A stretch of DNA of 64,000 nucleotides. Origin: Candidatus Gottesmanbacteria bacterium RIFCSPLOWO2_01_FULL_43_11b (GTDB taxonomy: Bacteria > Patescibacteriota > Microgenomatia > UBA10105 > UBA927). Below, piece by piece: positions 53,290 through 62,182 of this stretch. The DNA lies in NCBI GenBank assembly GCA_001780985.1, contig MFJV01000001.1:37466-101465 (forward strand). The letters are read 5' to 3'. Under the pieces are notes generated by a model. The model saw only the letters and a program-made list of their open reading frames with translations, ran no database searches and had not been told where the DNA came from. The translations under genes were made by a program, and so were the position numbers. The number at the start of each line of letters is the position of its first letter. Position 1 is the first letter of the stretch.

Positions 53290-53781
53290 CTATTGGAATC
53301 CTCCGTCGGTGATCGTACCGTTCACTTCAACAACTATGTCGTAATTATGATTAAATCCGGAGACTGTTATTGTGACTGAATTATTTATATTCACTAACCC
53401 CCGCGTTAATACTCCGAATATAAGTGTCGTGGGAACGGGTACAAAAGACGTTGTGGTAGGGAGTGTTACATTCGTTATTGAGCCCACAAGCCCTTCAGGA
53501 GTACATTGTGCTTGGATACTATAGGAAGACTGGGTAAAGTTTACTGTGTAGCCGGTTAGTTCTGTGCAGCCGCTGGTTGGTTTTACACCGGATTGCGCCC
53601 TACTTTGTGCAAGACGTAAATTTGCTTTCACTGTTTGAGCTGTCTGTTTGACAACTTGGCTTTGGTTGTAGTTGTTGTAACTAATAAGTAACCCGCCCAA
53701 TAGAAGCATCAGGACTCCTATGGAAACAAGGAGCTCAATAAGGGTAATACCAAAGCAGCGTGGAATGTGACGATTCGTCAT
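53290..53781 (-). CDS. Type IV prepilin-type protein (CFG|ITLIELLVSI)
   Basis: Class III signal plus Glu+5. Confidence 0.6.
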   Translation of the reverse strand: MTNRHIPRCFGITLIELLVSIGVLMLLLGGLLISYNNYNQSQVVKQTAQTVKANLRLAQSRAQSGVKPTSGCTELTGYTVNFTQSSYSIQAQCTPEGLVGSITNVTLPTTTSFVPVPTTLIFGVLTRGLVNINNSVTITVSGFNHNYDIVVEVNGTITDGGFQ

Positions 53782-54233
53782 GGACTTTTTAATCCGTAAT
53801 TGTGGGAATTAACCGTATCGGGTGTGCAGGTATCGGTGGGGTTCTCCGTTTCAATGAGACTGCTTACGCAGTAACCGTAATAGTTACCGCTTACTAAGTT
53901 GGTTGCCTGATAGCGATAAACCTGAGTAGTACTTTTCGGGTCGCTGGGAATCGCTGCCATGTAACTTGAAACAAGTGTTGCAGATAAGTTACTTGCATCC
54001 GTCCAGCTGCCGCTTCCCGTATTTGGATACCCCCCGTTATCGGATCTGTACATTTCCAAAGCAGATCGGATCTGCTCCATATCGCTTTTCCGTTTTGTAT
54101 CACGGCTTCTTTTGTTGATATTGGTGTAGGAAACAATGCCGATAGCGGTAAGAACGGAAATTATGGTTGCGGTTACCAGAACTTCAACAAGTGTAAATCC
54201 CCGCCAGTGGGCGGGCTGGCTGTTTTTTTTCAT
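53778..54233 (-). CDS. Type IV prepilin-type protein (RG|FTLVEVLV)
   Basis: Shares a near-identical leader-coding stretch of about 35 nt with the gene at 52308-52850. Confidence 0.65.
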   Translation of the reverse strand: MKKNSQPAHWRGFTLVEVLVTATIISVLTAIGIVSYTNINKRSRDTKRKSDMEQIRSALEMYRSDNGGYPNTGSGSWTDASNLSATLVSSYMAAIPSDPKSTTQVYRYQATNLVSGNYYGYCVSSLIETENPTDTCTPDTVNSHNYGLKSP

Positions 54234-54643
54234 TGGAGATTTTTAACACAAAAGTACGCACCGCTCCCGAAGGTACAGGACGCATCGGATGCATTTCCCA
54301 ATGTCGTTGTCCCTTCAAGGAGTGCACAACTGCAGTATGTTGCGCCGGTTGCGTCGCAGGTTATGGTGTAGGCAACACTGGTTTTCGGATCTTTGGGAAT
54401 TCCGGCTGGTAGGTACGTTGTTCCTACAGTGCATGAAGCAGAGGTTGGGTACGCGCGGTTATCTGCGTAGTACTGCTCAAGTCCATTCTGGATAGCTCGG
54501 AGGTCTCCCTGACGTCTACCATCTCTGCTTTTTTTCTGTGCTGAAGTAAATGCCGCGGTACCGATGGAAATGAGAATGCCTATAATTGCAACAACAACCA
54601 AAACCTCAAGGAGAGTAAAACCACGTACGAATCGTTGTTTCAT
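54230..54643 (-). CDS. Type IV prepilin-type protein (RG|FTLLEVLVVV), with a conserved pilin alpha1 region
   Basis: MKQRFVRGFTLLEVLVVVAIIGILISIGTAAF. Confidence 0.65.
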   Translation of the reverse strand: MKQRFVRGFTLLEVLVVVAIIGILISIGTAAFTSAQKKSRDGRRQGDLRAIQNGLEQYYADNRAYPTSASCTVGTTYLPAGIPKDPKTSVAYTITCDATGATYCSCALLEGTTTLGNASDASCTFGSGAYFCVKNLQ

Positions 54644-55322
54644 AGAGAATTGAGATAAGCGCACCGAGTATAAGAAACGGGCCAAATGCAATTTTGCTTT
54701 TTAGCCCCGCACGCTTTCTTAAAATTAGTATGACACCCACAATAGCTCCAGTCAAGAATGCAACATAGAGTGCAAAAGCGATTCTGGGAAATCCTAAAAA
54801 GAGTCCCAGGAGGAATCCAAGTTTAACGTCTCCTAACCCCATACCTCGCCCTTTTGTAATTATCCACAGGAGGAGGAAAAAGAGTGCTGCACCAATGCCG
54901 GGAATAAAATATGGCTTCGATAGGAGAGCACCAAGAATTCCCACAAGAATCATGCTATCCGGGATAATTTGATATTTAAGGTCTGCAACAAAAATAACAA
55001 GGAGTGCACAAAAAATAATCATGAATGCATATTGGGGATACAGCAATAGAAAACCAAAGCCTGTTGTTAATTCAATAAGAGGATACTGTAATGATAGTCG
55101 TTTGTGACATCGTCTGCATCGGCCAAATTGTCCGATATATGAAATTATGGGAACAAGTTCAAACCAACGAAGCTTTTTGTTACAATGGTCACAGTGCGAC
55201 CTGCCCCAAATTGTCTGCCCCCTCGGTAACCGGTCAATGAGCACATTCATAAACGATCCGAAAGAAATACCGAGTAAAAAAAATACAATAGGAGTCACGA
55301 ACATACCGTAGCATACAAACAT
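54606..55322 (-). CDS. pilD: Prepilin peptidase (A24 family) with an N-terminal zinc-finger
   Basis: CDHCNKKLRWFELVPIISYI..CRRCHKRL and the catalytic Asp-containing TM core. Confidence 0.8.
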   Translation of the reverse strand: MFVCYGMFVTPIVFFLLGISFGSFMNVLIDRLPRGQTIWGRSHCDHCNKKLRWFELVPIISYIGQFGRCRRCHKRLSLQYPLIELTTGFGFLLLYPQYAFMIIFCALLVIFVADLKYQIIPDSMILVGILGALLSKPYFIPGIGAALFFLLLWIITKGRGMGLGDVKLGFLLGLFLGFPRIAFALYVAFLTGAIVGVILILRKRAGLKSKIAFGPFLILGALISILYETTIRTWFYSP

Positions 55323-55324
55323 AT

Positions 55325-57511
55325 ATGTTTACAACAAAAAGATATTGGCACGACTTAGTTTGTATTCTGTTTATTTTTTTCGTCATCGGATTATTTTTTC
55401 TGCCGCTATTTTGGCCGCAACAAAAACTTATTGTAACGCCGGATTTTGGCAGAAGCGACGCATGGCACTTCAGTTTTCCGACGAAATATCTCCTTTGGGA
55501 AAGTATCCAGCAAAATAAACTCCCGCTGTGGACCGATAAAATAGGTACGGGTTTTCCAATATTTGCAGAAGGACAGATTGGGGCTCTCTATATACCAAAT
55601 CTCATTATATACAAACTTTCGTCAAATCCGGTTGCTGCATATAACTTAAGCTATGTTTTTACCATGCTTACGCTCGGGTGGGGGATGTACGTATGGTTAC
55701 GGACACTGAAAATTTCCTATATTCCAAGTTTATTCGGCGCTCTCACTTTGATTCTTTCAGGTATTGTTGTCTTACAGTTTCCCCATGTGACCCTTCTCCA
55801 AGGATTTTCGCTATTACCCTGGTTTATGGCAGTTATTCAAAAACTCAGTGAAAAATTCAGCAGACGTCTTATTGGAATAGCTGCAATTCTTCTTTCACAA
55901 CAATTCTTTGCTGGTTTTCCTCAAGCAACGTTTCTTACATTACTTTTTGCGGGGTCATGGGCTCTTTTTGATCGTATTCTCATTCCGTTTATCCTTGTAG
56001 TTTTTCTCGGAATTGGTATAAGTGCTATTCAGATTCTCCCTTCGTGGGAGTTTATTAAGGAAGCAGGTATCTCCGGAGGATTATCTCCGGGGATGGCGAG
56101 CTACTTTTCATTCCCGCTTGTTCATCTTTTAAGTTTTTTTAATCCTTTTGCCGTCGGCAACCCAAAGTTCGGAACCTATCCGCCTTTTTCAGAATTCGAC
56201 GGGAGTATTTTTTGGGAAAATACGGGCTATGTTGGCCTTTTGCCACTCACTCTTCTCCTTATTCCTCTTCGGTATCGAAACAAACGTACTGTCTTCTTTT
56301 TTGCAGTACTGCTTATGTCCTTTCTTTTCATGTGGGGGAGTCACTCGCCGCTCTATTTTATTTACTCAATCTGGCCATTTAACCTCTTTCGCGTCCCGTC
56401 ACGATTTTTATGGATTTTTGTGTTTGCATTGCTCACTCTCTCATCCTTGGCTATACAAAAGATTTTTGATCTCAAAGTAAAAAGAACTCTCATTGGCCTC
56501 ACTCTCGTTCTCATACTCATAAATACCGGTCAATTATTCTTTCTTTGGAAACCGTATCACTTGATAGAAAATGCAGACCTCTGGGTTAAAAAACCGGAAC
56601 TAGCGACTCTCATTTCAAAAACCTCACGAATGCTTACTCTCGGAGCTGAATCTGCCCATAATGCATTCTTTTTAAAATCCGGCTGGAAAGAAGAAAATCC
56701 GTATCTATCGCTTCGATCTACTTTAGCGCCTGATAGCAATATTATTTGGGATATTTCTCAACACGAAGCATATGCAGGAAGATCACTTCGACGCCCGGGT
56801 TTTGTGGATAGCTTGCTATTGAGTCATATGCATATAAATGAAAATGAAGCATCGGGATCCGCTATGTTTCAAAAACTTATTGATCTCCTTGGAATAACGC
56901 ACGTTGTTAGTACCCTCCCTTTAACTTTTGATACTAATCTTCAGAAACCGCTCATTTTTGACCAACAGATTAACGGTACAGGTGATTATGTGCGGCTTTA
57001 TGTAAATCCAACTGCCTTACCACGAGCGTATTTTGCAACTGACACAATTAGCGTCCGTACGGTGGAGTCTGCAATTTCAGCATTAACTAAAGATTCGTTT
57101 GATCCAAAAAAATCCGTACTTGTTGAAAAAGACTTATCAGTGCCTTATGGAGAAGGGGGATCTGTAAATGTCGAATCTAGTAAATCAAATGAGCTTATCG
57201 TAACCACCCAAAGTGAGACTCCTGGGGTTTTAGTCACCCTGGATACATTCTATCCGGGTTGGCATGCATATATTGATGGAAGATCTGAGGTTGAAATATT
57301 TCCGGTTAATATTAGGTTTAGGGGGGTTGTTGTTCCAAAGGGGAGTCATACAGTAACATTCATCTATTCCCCGAATAGCGTTCGAGTTGGGGCCGCTGTT
57401 AGTTTAATGGCGTTTCTCGTTCTTGTTGTTCTTTTTCGAACTGAGAAAAAAGTTCTCCGGCCCGCACCTGTTCTCCGCAGGCGCGGTAAGCCTCGGACTC
57501 GTAGAGGGTGA
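55325..57511 (+). CDS. YfhO-family polytopic membrane protein (putative glycosyltransferase)
   Basis: Multi-TM N-terminal domain with a YfhO-like start, plus a large extracytoplasmic C-terminal domain. Overlaps the convergent DUF2723 gene by 113 bp. Confidence 0.5.
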   Translation: MFTTKRYWHDLVCILFIFFVIGLFFLPLFWPQQKLIVTPDFGRSDAWHFSFPTKYLLWESIQQNKLPLWTDKIGTGFPIFAEGQIGALYIPNLIIYKLSSNPVAAYNLSYVFTMLTLGWGMYVWLRTLKISYIPSLFGALTLILSGIVVLQFPHVTLLQGFSLLPWFMAVIQKLSEKFSRRLIGIAAILLSQQFFAGFPQATFLTLLFAGSWALFDRILIPFILVVFLGIGISAIQILPSWEFIKEAGISGGLSPGMASYFSFPLVHLLSFFNPFAVGNPKFGTYPPFSEFDGSIFWENTGYVGLLPLTLLLIPLRYRNKRTVFFFAVLLMSFLFMWGSHSPLYFIYSIWPFNLFRVPSRFLWIFVFALLTLSSLAIQKIFDLKVKRTLIGLTLVLILINTGQLFFLWKPYHLIENADLWVKKPELATLISKTSRMLTLGAESAHNAFFLKSGWKEENPYLSLRSTLAPDSNIIWDISQHEAYAGRSLRRPGFVDSLLLSHMHINENEASGSAMFQKLIDLLGITHVVSTLPLTFDTNLQKPLIFDQQINGTGDYVRLYVNPTALPRAYFATDTISVRTVESAISALTKDSFDPKKSVLVEKDLSVPYGEGGSVNVESSKSNELIVTTQSETPGVLVTLDTFYPGWHAYIDGRSEVEIFPVNIRFRGVVVPKGSHTVTFIYSPNSVRVGAAVSLMAFLVLVVLFRTEKKVLRPAPVLRRRGKPRTRRG

Positions 57512-59300
57512 TATTGGGCTGCGGAGTAAAACTTGTCTCTTTGGCTTTACTAAAATGTTCAAGTGATTTTTGGCAATCATCTAAAAATAGCTCGGTAAGT
57601 CCAAGGTACATGTAGCTATCAGAGAGTTCAGTATCACCACTAATATTGATCGCTAGTTCAAACTGATGTTTTGCCTCTGCTAGTTTACCCGCCCGCACCA
57701 GCAATTTCCCTAGCTCAATTCTTGCTCCCATATAGACGTTTAAAACATCTGAGAGCATGAGATGGCTATATCGGGATAATAAACCAGCTTTGGGGTCATG
57801 ATACGTATTCCATACTGTTTCGTTTGTTTTAATAAGATCGTCAAAAGAAGGAAGATCAACTTCTTTTGTTAGGGTAAAAACGAGACCGAGCGGAACCCAA
57901 AAATACCCATCAGGCACCGTTAGTCTCGCATTACTCACGATGGGGAAATTTTTCGCATTGGATTCAATAAACTCACGCATAGTTTTTCCTGTAGATAGAA
58001 CGTCCGGATAGTTTTTAGCTAGTATTGAAGGATAGTCTGGTGAGGATAATCGCGCTGTATGAAGTAGTTTAATATCCTTTCTTTTTCCCAAGGCGTACCT
58101 CGCATATTGAGAAGTAAAAAGCGGTGTATCTCGTTGGAGAAGAAGTATTGCTCCATATGGCGTAGAGTTAAGTATATCAAGAGCGAGATTTTCGGCCGTC
58201 CTATCGACTCTAAGCCCCCAAAATCGCCATAGGGTCGTCCCATTGGAAAGGAGCGGGTAAAAAAACAATACTATTATTAAAAGAGTGGCAATGGATTTAC
58301 GGGTAAAGTCAAATATTCCCGCAACGCCACATCCGATAAAAATAGAGAGAAAGATATAACTAGGCAACAAAAACCGTTCGTAGGTTCCTAAGGTAAACCT
58401 ATTAACCAGCGGAAAACTCGCATAAAAGAAAAAAAATGGTCCGAGAAAAAAAAGCGCAAAAAATAGTCCCAGTGCAAACCGTTTATCTTTTCGCCATATC
58501 CAAATACATCCAATTATAGATAGAAGTATTCCTACAAGTTGAAAATCGAGGTAGGTAAATGTTACGTACGTTTTTACCTGCAGAATGCGGTCAGAGAGCT
58601 GACTGCCGTAAAATCCGCTTGATACAAATGTCCCGTAATCTTCACGGGTCAGCAAACGGATAAAATTTTTAAAATTCACCGCCCTATCCCAATTAATGAT
58701 TGCATTTCCGGAAGCCGCTATGGGTATATAGAAGTAGGGCAGAAGGCCGAGAATAAGAGGAACCGGTCGAATTTTCCTTACCCAATAGAGCAGGGTGGGG
58801 ACGAAAAAGAGGATGACGTGGTGGTGGGCGAGGGACAGTCCAAAAACAAAACTCACCCAAATATTGCGACGGGTGTAGATAAGATAGGTGAGAAGTATCA
58901 GAAATAAATCAAACAGAGCAAACACTTCCGCAGTTGTGCTGTAGAGGAAAAATAAATAATTACCCACTAGTACTAGGGAAGCAAAAATTCCTGCTACGAG
59001 TCTCCCGGTCATTTTCCATACAAGAACCATCACGAGGGTTGCGGTGACTGCATGGGGGATCGATGAGAGAAGGCTAAGGCGCCATACAACAGAAAAAAAC
59101 GGCAATTTCGAAAATAGGAATCCTAACAATGTATAGAGCGGGTAGCCCGGCGGGTGGGGGACGCCGCCAAGGTATGCAGCAGTGACAAGATCCCCTGTAT
59201 CACCGCCGTAAATTCCATTCGCTTGAAATAATAAGAATAGAAGCCACAAAAAAAGGCCCCAGACATATGGCAGGACAACTGTCATACTCTTAGAAACCAT
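57399..59300 (-). CDS. DUF2723 (TMEM260-like) membrane glycosyltransferase with C-terminal TPR repeats
   Basis: GGDTGDLVTAAYLGGVPHPPGYPLYTLLG matches the DUF2723 GDxGE...HPPGYPL signature. Multi-TM; TPR-like tail. Confidence 0.55.
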   Translation of the reverse strand: MVSKSMTVVLPYVWGLFLWLLFLLFQANGIYGGDTGDLVTAAYLGGVPHPPGYPLYTLLGFLFSKLPFFSVVWRLSLLSSIPHAVTATLVMVLVWKMTGRLVAGIFASLVLVGNYLFFLYSTTAEVFALFDLFLILLTYLIYTRRNIWVSFVFGLSLAHHHVILFFVPTLLYWVRKIRPVPLILGLLPYFYIPIAASGNAIINWDRAVNFKNFIRLLTREDYGTFVSSGFYGSQLSDRILQVKTYVTFTYLDFQLVGILLSIIGCIWIWRKDKRFALGLFFALFFLGPFFFFYASFPLVNRFTLGTYERFLLPSYIFLSIFIGCGVAGIFDFTRKSIATLLIIVLFFYPLLSNGTTLWRFWGLRVDRTAENLALDILNSTPYGAILLLQRDTPLFTSQYARYALGKRKDIKLLHTARLSSPDYPSILAKNYPDVLSTGKTMREFIESNAKNFPIVSNARLTVPDGYFWVPLGLVFTLTKEVDLPSFDDLIKTNETVWNTYHDPKAGLLSRYSHLMLSDVLNVYMGARIELGKLLVRAGKLAEAKHQFELAINISGDTELSDSYMYLGLTELFLDDCQKSLEHFSKAKETSFTPQPNITLYESEAYRACGEQVRAGELFSQFEKEQQERETPLN

Positions 59301-59311
59301 TTCTTGTTAAC

Positions 59312-59836
59312 TTACTGTACGCAGTAGAAGCAACTCTCAAGTCCGCCGGATGATTCTGATATACAACCGCTCGTTGCAAGGCCGCCGCTACCGTATACTG
59401 TATTTGCGTTCGCATTGAATGTTTTTGACTCCGGATCGTAACACACCGCAAGGTGGTCAACGGCAGTCGACGTCACAAGCATTTTTGCTAAATTGCCCGT
59501 TCCCGCAATGTCCATGAACCGATTCTTGAGCTCTCCTGCGTTTACGAGCGACGTAATATCGGATCCCATGGTGTCTGCCCCTCGTGCAGTAAATGTCGTT
59601 CCGGTTCCCCATGTAAACTGACCTTTGGTAGAGTAGTACCTAAGGTTTGCATTAAGGAACTCAGCGACCATGTTGGAAACTGATGTATCTCTCCCTTTCT
59701 TCAGCTGTTCAAACGGGTCCACGGTTGCTAAAAGTCCTATTGCGAGTGCTCCCAGAAGTGCGATGACGATAAGAAGCTCAACGAGGGTAAAACCCTGCCT
59801 GCCGGCAGGCTGGACATGGGACAGATATTTTTTCAT
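59312..59836 (-). CDS. pilA: Type IV pilin (candidate major pilin; RQG|FTLVELLIVIALLGALAIG; C-terminal Cys pairs)
   Basis: Class III signal, Glu+5, conserved alpha1 helix, C-terminal CxxxxC disulfide loop. Confidence 0.7.
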   Translation of the reverse strand: MKKYLSHVQPAGRQGFTLVELLIVIALLGALAIGLLATVDPFEQLKKGRDTSVSNMVAEFLNANLRYYSTKGQFTWGTGTTFTARGADTMGSDITSLVNAGELKNRFMDIAGTGNLAKMLVTSTAVDHLAVCYDPESKTFNANANTVYGSGGLATSGCISESSGGLESCFYCVQ

Positions 59837-59903
59837 AAAATTTACCTCTACATTTAGGTCTATCAGTCTTTGTACACCCTTGTCAAGTCCCTAAATTACT
59901 CTT

Positions 59904-61115
59904 TTATTTAATTTGACTTGTAAGGTTATATATTGGGGTAATTACTGAAATAACGATAAACCCAACACCAAGACCCAAAACCACCATGATGACCGGTTCA
60001 ATTGCGGTCGTTAAACCTTTGACGAGTCGCTCTGATTCTGTTTGAAAGTATCGTGAGAGCTTGGTTAACGTGTCATCAAGTTTTCCCGTTTCCTCTCCTA
60101 CTTTCATCATTTGGGAGACAATTGGCGGAAATACACTATACTGGGCAAAACTGTCAGCCAAGGGGAGACCTTTCTCCACACGCACCGCAGCATCTGCTAC
60201 AGCATTACGAAAAAGTATATTATCAAGAGATCCTTTGAGAATGCGCAGTCCTTCCAGGATATGAATGCCACTTCCGATAAGCATTGCAAGCGTTCTTGTA
60301 AATTCAACGAGAATTACTTTTCTTTTAAGGTCACCAACTATGGGAACTTTCAGGATTAACGTGTCCATGATTGTTTGGCCGACCGGTGTTTTTTTCCAAC
60401 GGGCAAAACCAATATACATGCCGATGATTGCAGCAATGGCAAGCCACCAAAATCGGACAAACAATGAGGAAACGTCAATGAGGAATTGAGTGCTAGCAGG
60501 AAGCTCCGTTCCAAAATCTTTATACAGTTCCGTAAGTTTCGGAATCACCACCGTCATCATGATAAAAACAACAACCGTCATTCCGATCATAATAATTGCC
60601 GGATACACCATTGCTCCCCCGACTTTTCCCCGAAAGTCCCGTTCATTCTCCATAGTTTCTGCGAGTCTATTAAGCACTTTATCGAGTGTTCCGGAGGATT
60701 CTCCTGCACGAATAAGTGCAATATAAATTGAGGAAAAATACTTAGGATACCTTGCGAGTGCGTCACCAAGATTTCCACCTGCAATAATTTGCGAGGCAAC
60801 ATCATCAAGCATAGAGGATAAAAGTGGATTTTCTGTTTGATTCCGTAAAATTGTGAGTGACTCAGGTAAAGAGAGACCGGCAGTTATCATTGTTGAAAGC
60901 TGCTGAGTAAAATTTACAATATCACCAAAACTAACTCTTCGAAATCGTGACAAAATGCTCGGAAGTGGTGACTGATCTCGTCCTGTAACGAGTTCAACAA
61001 CAAAAAGCTTTTTATCCCGGAGAACCCGGACAGCAGCAGGTGAGGAGGGGGCTTCCACAATACCACTTACTTGCTTTCCATCATTATCTCGAGCCTTATA
61101 GGTATAAAAAGCCAT
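59904..61115 (-). CDS. pilC: Type IV pilus platform protein PilC (GspF family)
   Basis: Two GspF repeats and 3 TM. 403 aa. Confidence 0.8.
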   Translation of the reverse strand: MAFYTYKARDNDGKQVSGIVEAPSSPAAVRVLRDKKLFVVELVTGRDQSPLPSILSRFRRVSFGDIVNFTQQLSTMITAGLSLPESLTILRNQTENPLLSSMLDDVASQIIAGGNLGDALARYPKYFSSIYIALIRAGESSGTLDKVLNRLAETMENERDFRGKVGGAMVYPAIIMIGMTVVVFIMMTVVIPKLTELYKDFGTELPASTQFLIDVSSLFVRFWWLAIAAIIGMYIGFARWKKTPVGQTIMDTLILKVPIVGDLKRKVILVEFTRTLAMLIGSGIHILEGLRILKGSLDNILFRNAVADAAVRVEKGLPLADSFAQYSVFPPIVSQMMKVGEETGKLDDTLTKLSRYFQTESERLVKGLTTAIEPVIMVVLGLGVGFIVISVITPIYNLTSQIK

Positions 61116-61121
61116 AGGGTA

Positions 61122-62177
61122 TTATTGCGTTTTGAGTAACCTCCCGAGCTCATCAGGACGGATTGCAAAAGAGGATGCTGTTTCCAAAGTAATTTTCCGT
61201 TCAGTTACTGCTCGGGAAAGCGATGTTTCGAGCGTCATCATACCAATCTCTGCTGATGTTTGAATGACATTATCAATTAAATGAGTCTTACCATCGCGAA
61301 TGAGTGTCCGAACAGCAGGCGTTGCCAAAAGTACTTCAGAAACAACTGTTCGTCCACCTGATGTTGTCGGAACTAATCGTTGAGAAATGACTCCCTCAAG
61401 TACTGATGAAAGTTGAATTTTAATTTGCGCCTGTTGATTTTCCGGAAATACATCAACAATACGGTCAATTGTTTGGGCAGCTGAGTTTGTATGGAGTGTT
61501 GCAAATACAAGATGCCCTGTTTCAGCAATGGTAAGTGTTGCAGCAATCGTTTCATAGTCACGCATCTCACCAACAAGCACAACGTCGGGATCTTCCCGAA
61601 GGACACTTCGCAGTGCAATTGACCACGAGTGGGTATCGCTGTGCATCTCCCGTTGCGAAATAAGGGAGAGTCCCGGAGGATATATGTATTCAATAGGATC
61701 TTCAATAGTAATTATATGGAGGGATTTTGATTGGTTAATTGCACCAATCATTGCAGCAAGGGTCGTTGATTTTCCGTGACCGGTTGGACCGGTAACTAAA
61801 ATTAGCCCTTGGCGACGTTTAACAAACTCGTGACAAATTGTTGGGAGACCCAATTCATCAATCGTTCTAATTTTAGCCGGGATCAGTCGAAATGATGCAC
61901 CAATCGTTCCTTTTTGATAGTAGGCGTTGGCACGAAACCGTCCCACAGCCGCAGGAACGGAAAAATCAATTTCTTTATTTGTAAGAAAGAGTTCTTTTTG
62001 TTGAGTGCTAAAAACAGCAAATACCAGATTCTCAAGTTCTTCTTTTACGAGCGGTTTGGTTCCTTCAACCGAAACAAGTTTCCCGGCAACTCTCAGAACC
62101 GGTGGGAATCCGGCAACCAAATGTAGGTCAGACGCCTCCAAACGAACTGTTTCAGCAAATAGTTGATTGATATCCAT
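61122..62177 (-). CDS. pilT: Twitching-motility retraction ATPase PilT
   Basis: GPTGHGKSTT Walker A. Asp box and His box of PilT/GspE ATPases. 351 aa. Confidence 0.8.
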   Translation of the reverse strand: MDINQLFAETVRLEASDLHLVAGFPPVLRVAGKLVSVEGTKPLVKEELENLVFAVFSTQQKELFLTNKEIDFSVPAAVGRFRANAYYQKGTIGASFRLIPAKIRTIDELGLPTICHEFVKRRQGLILVTGPTGHGKSTTLAAMIGAINQSKSLHIITIEDPIEYIYPPGLSLISQREMHSDTHSWSIALRSVLREDPDVVLVGEMRDYETIAATLTIAETGHLVFATLHTNSAAQTIDRIVDVFPENQQAQIKIQLSSVLEGVISQRLVPTTSGGRTVVSEVLLATPAVRTLIRDGKTHLIDNVIQTSAEIGMMTLETSLSRAVTERKITLETASSFAIRPDELGRLLKTQ

Positions 62178-62182
62178 AAATA

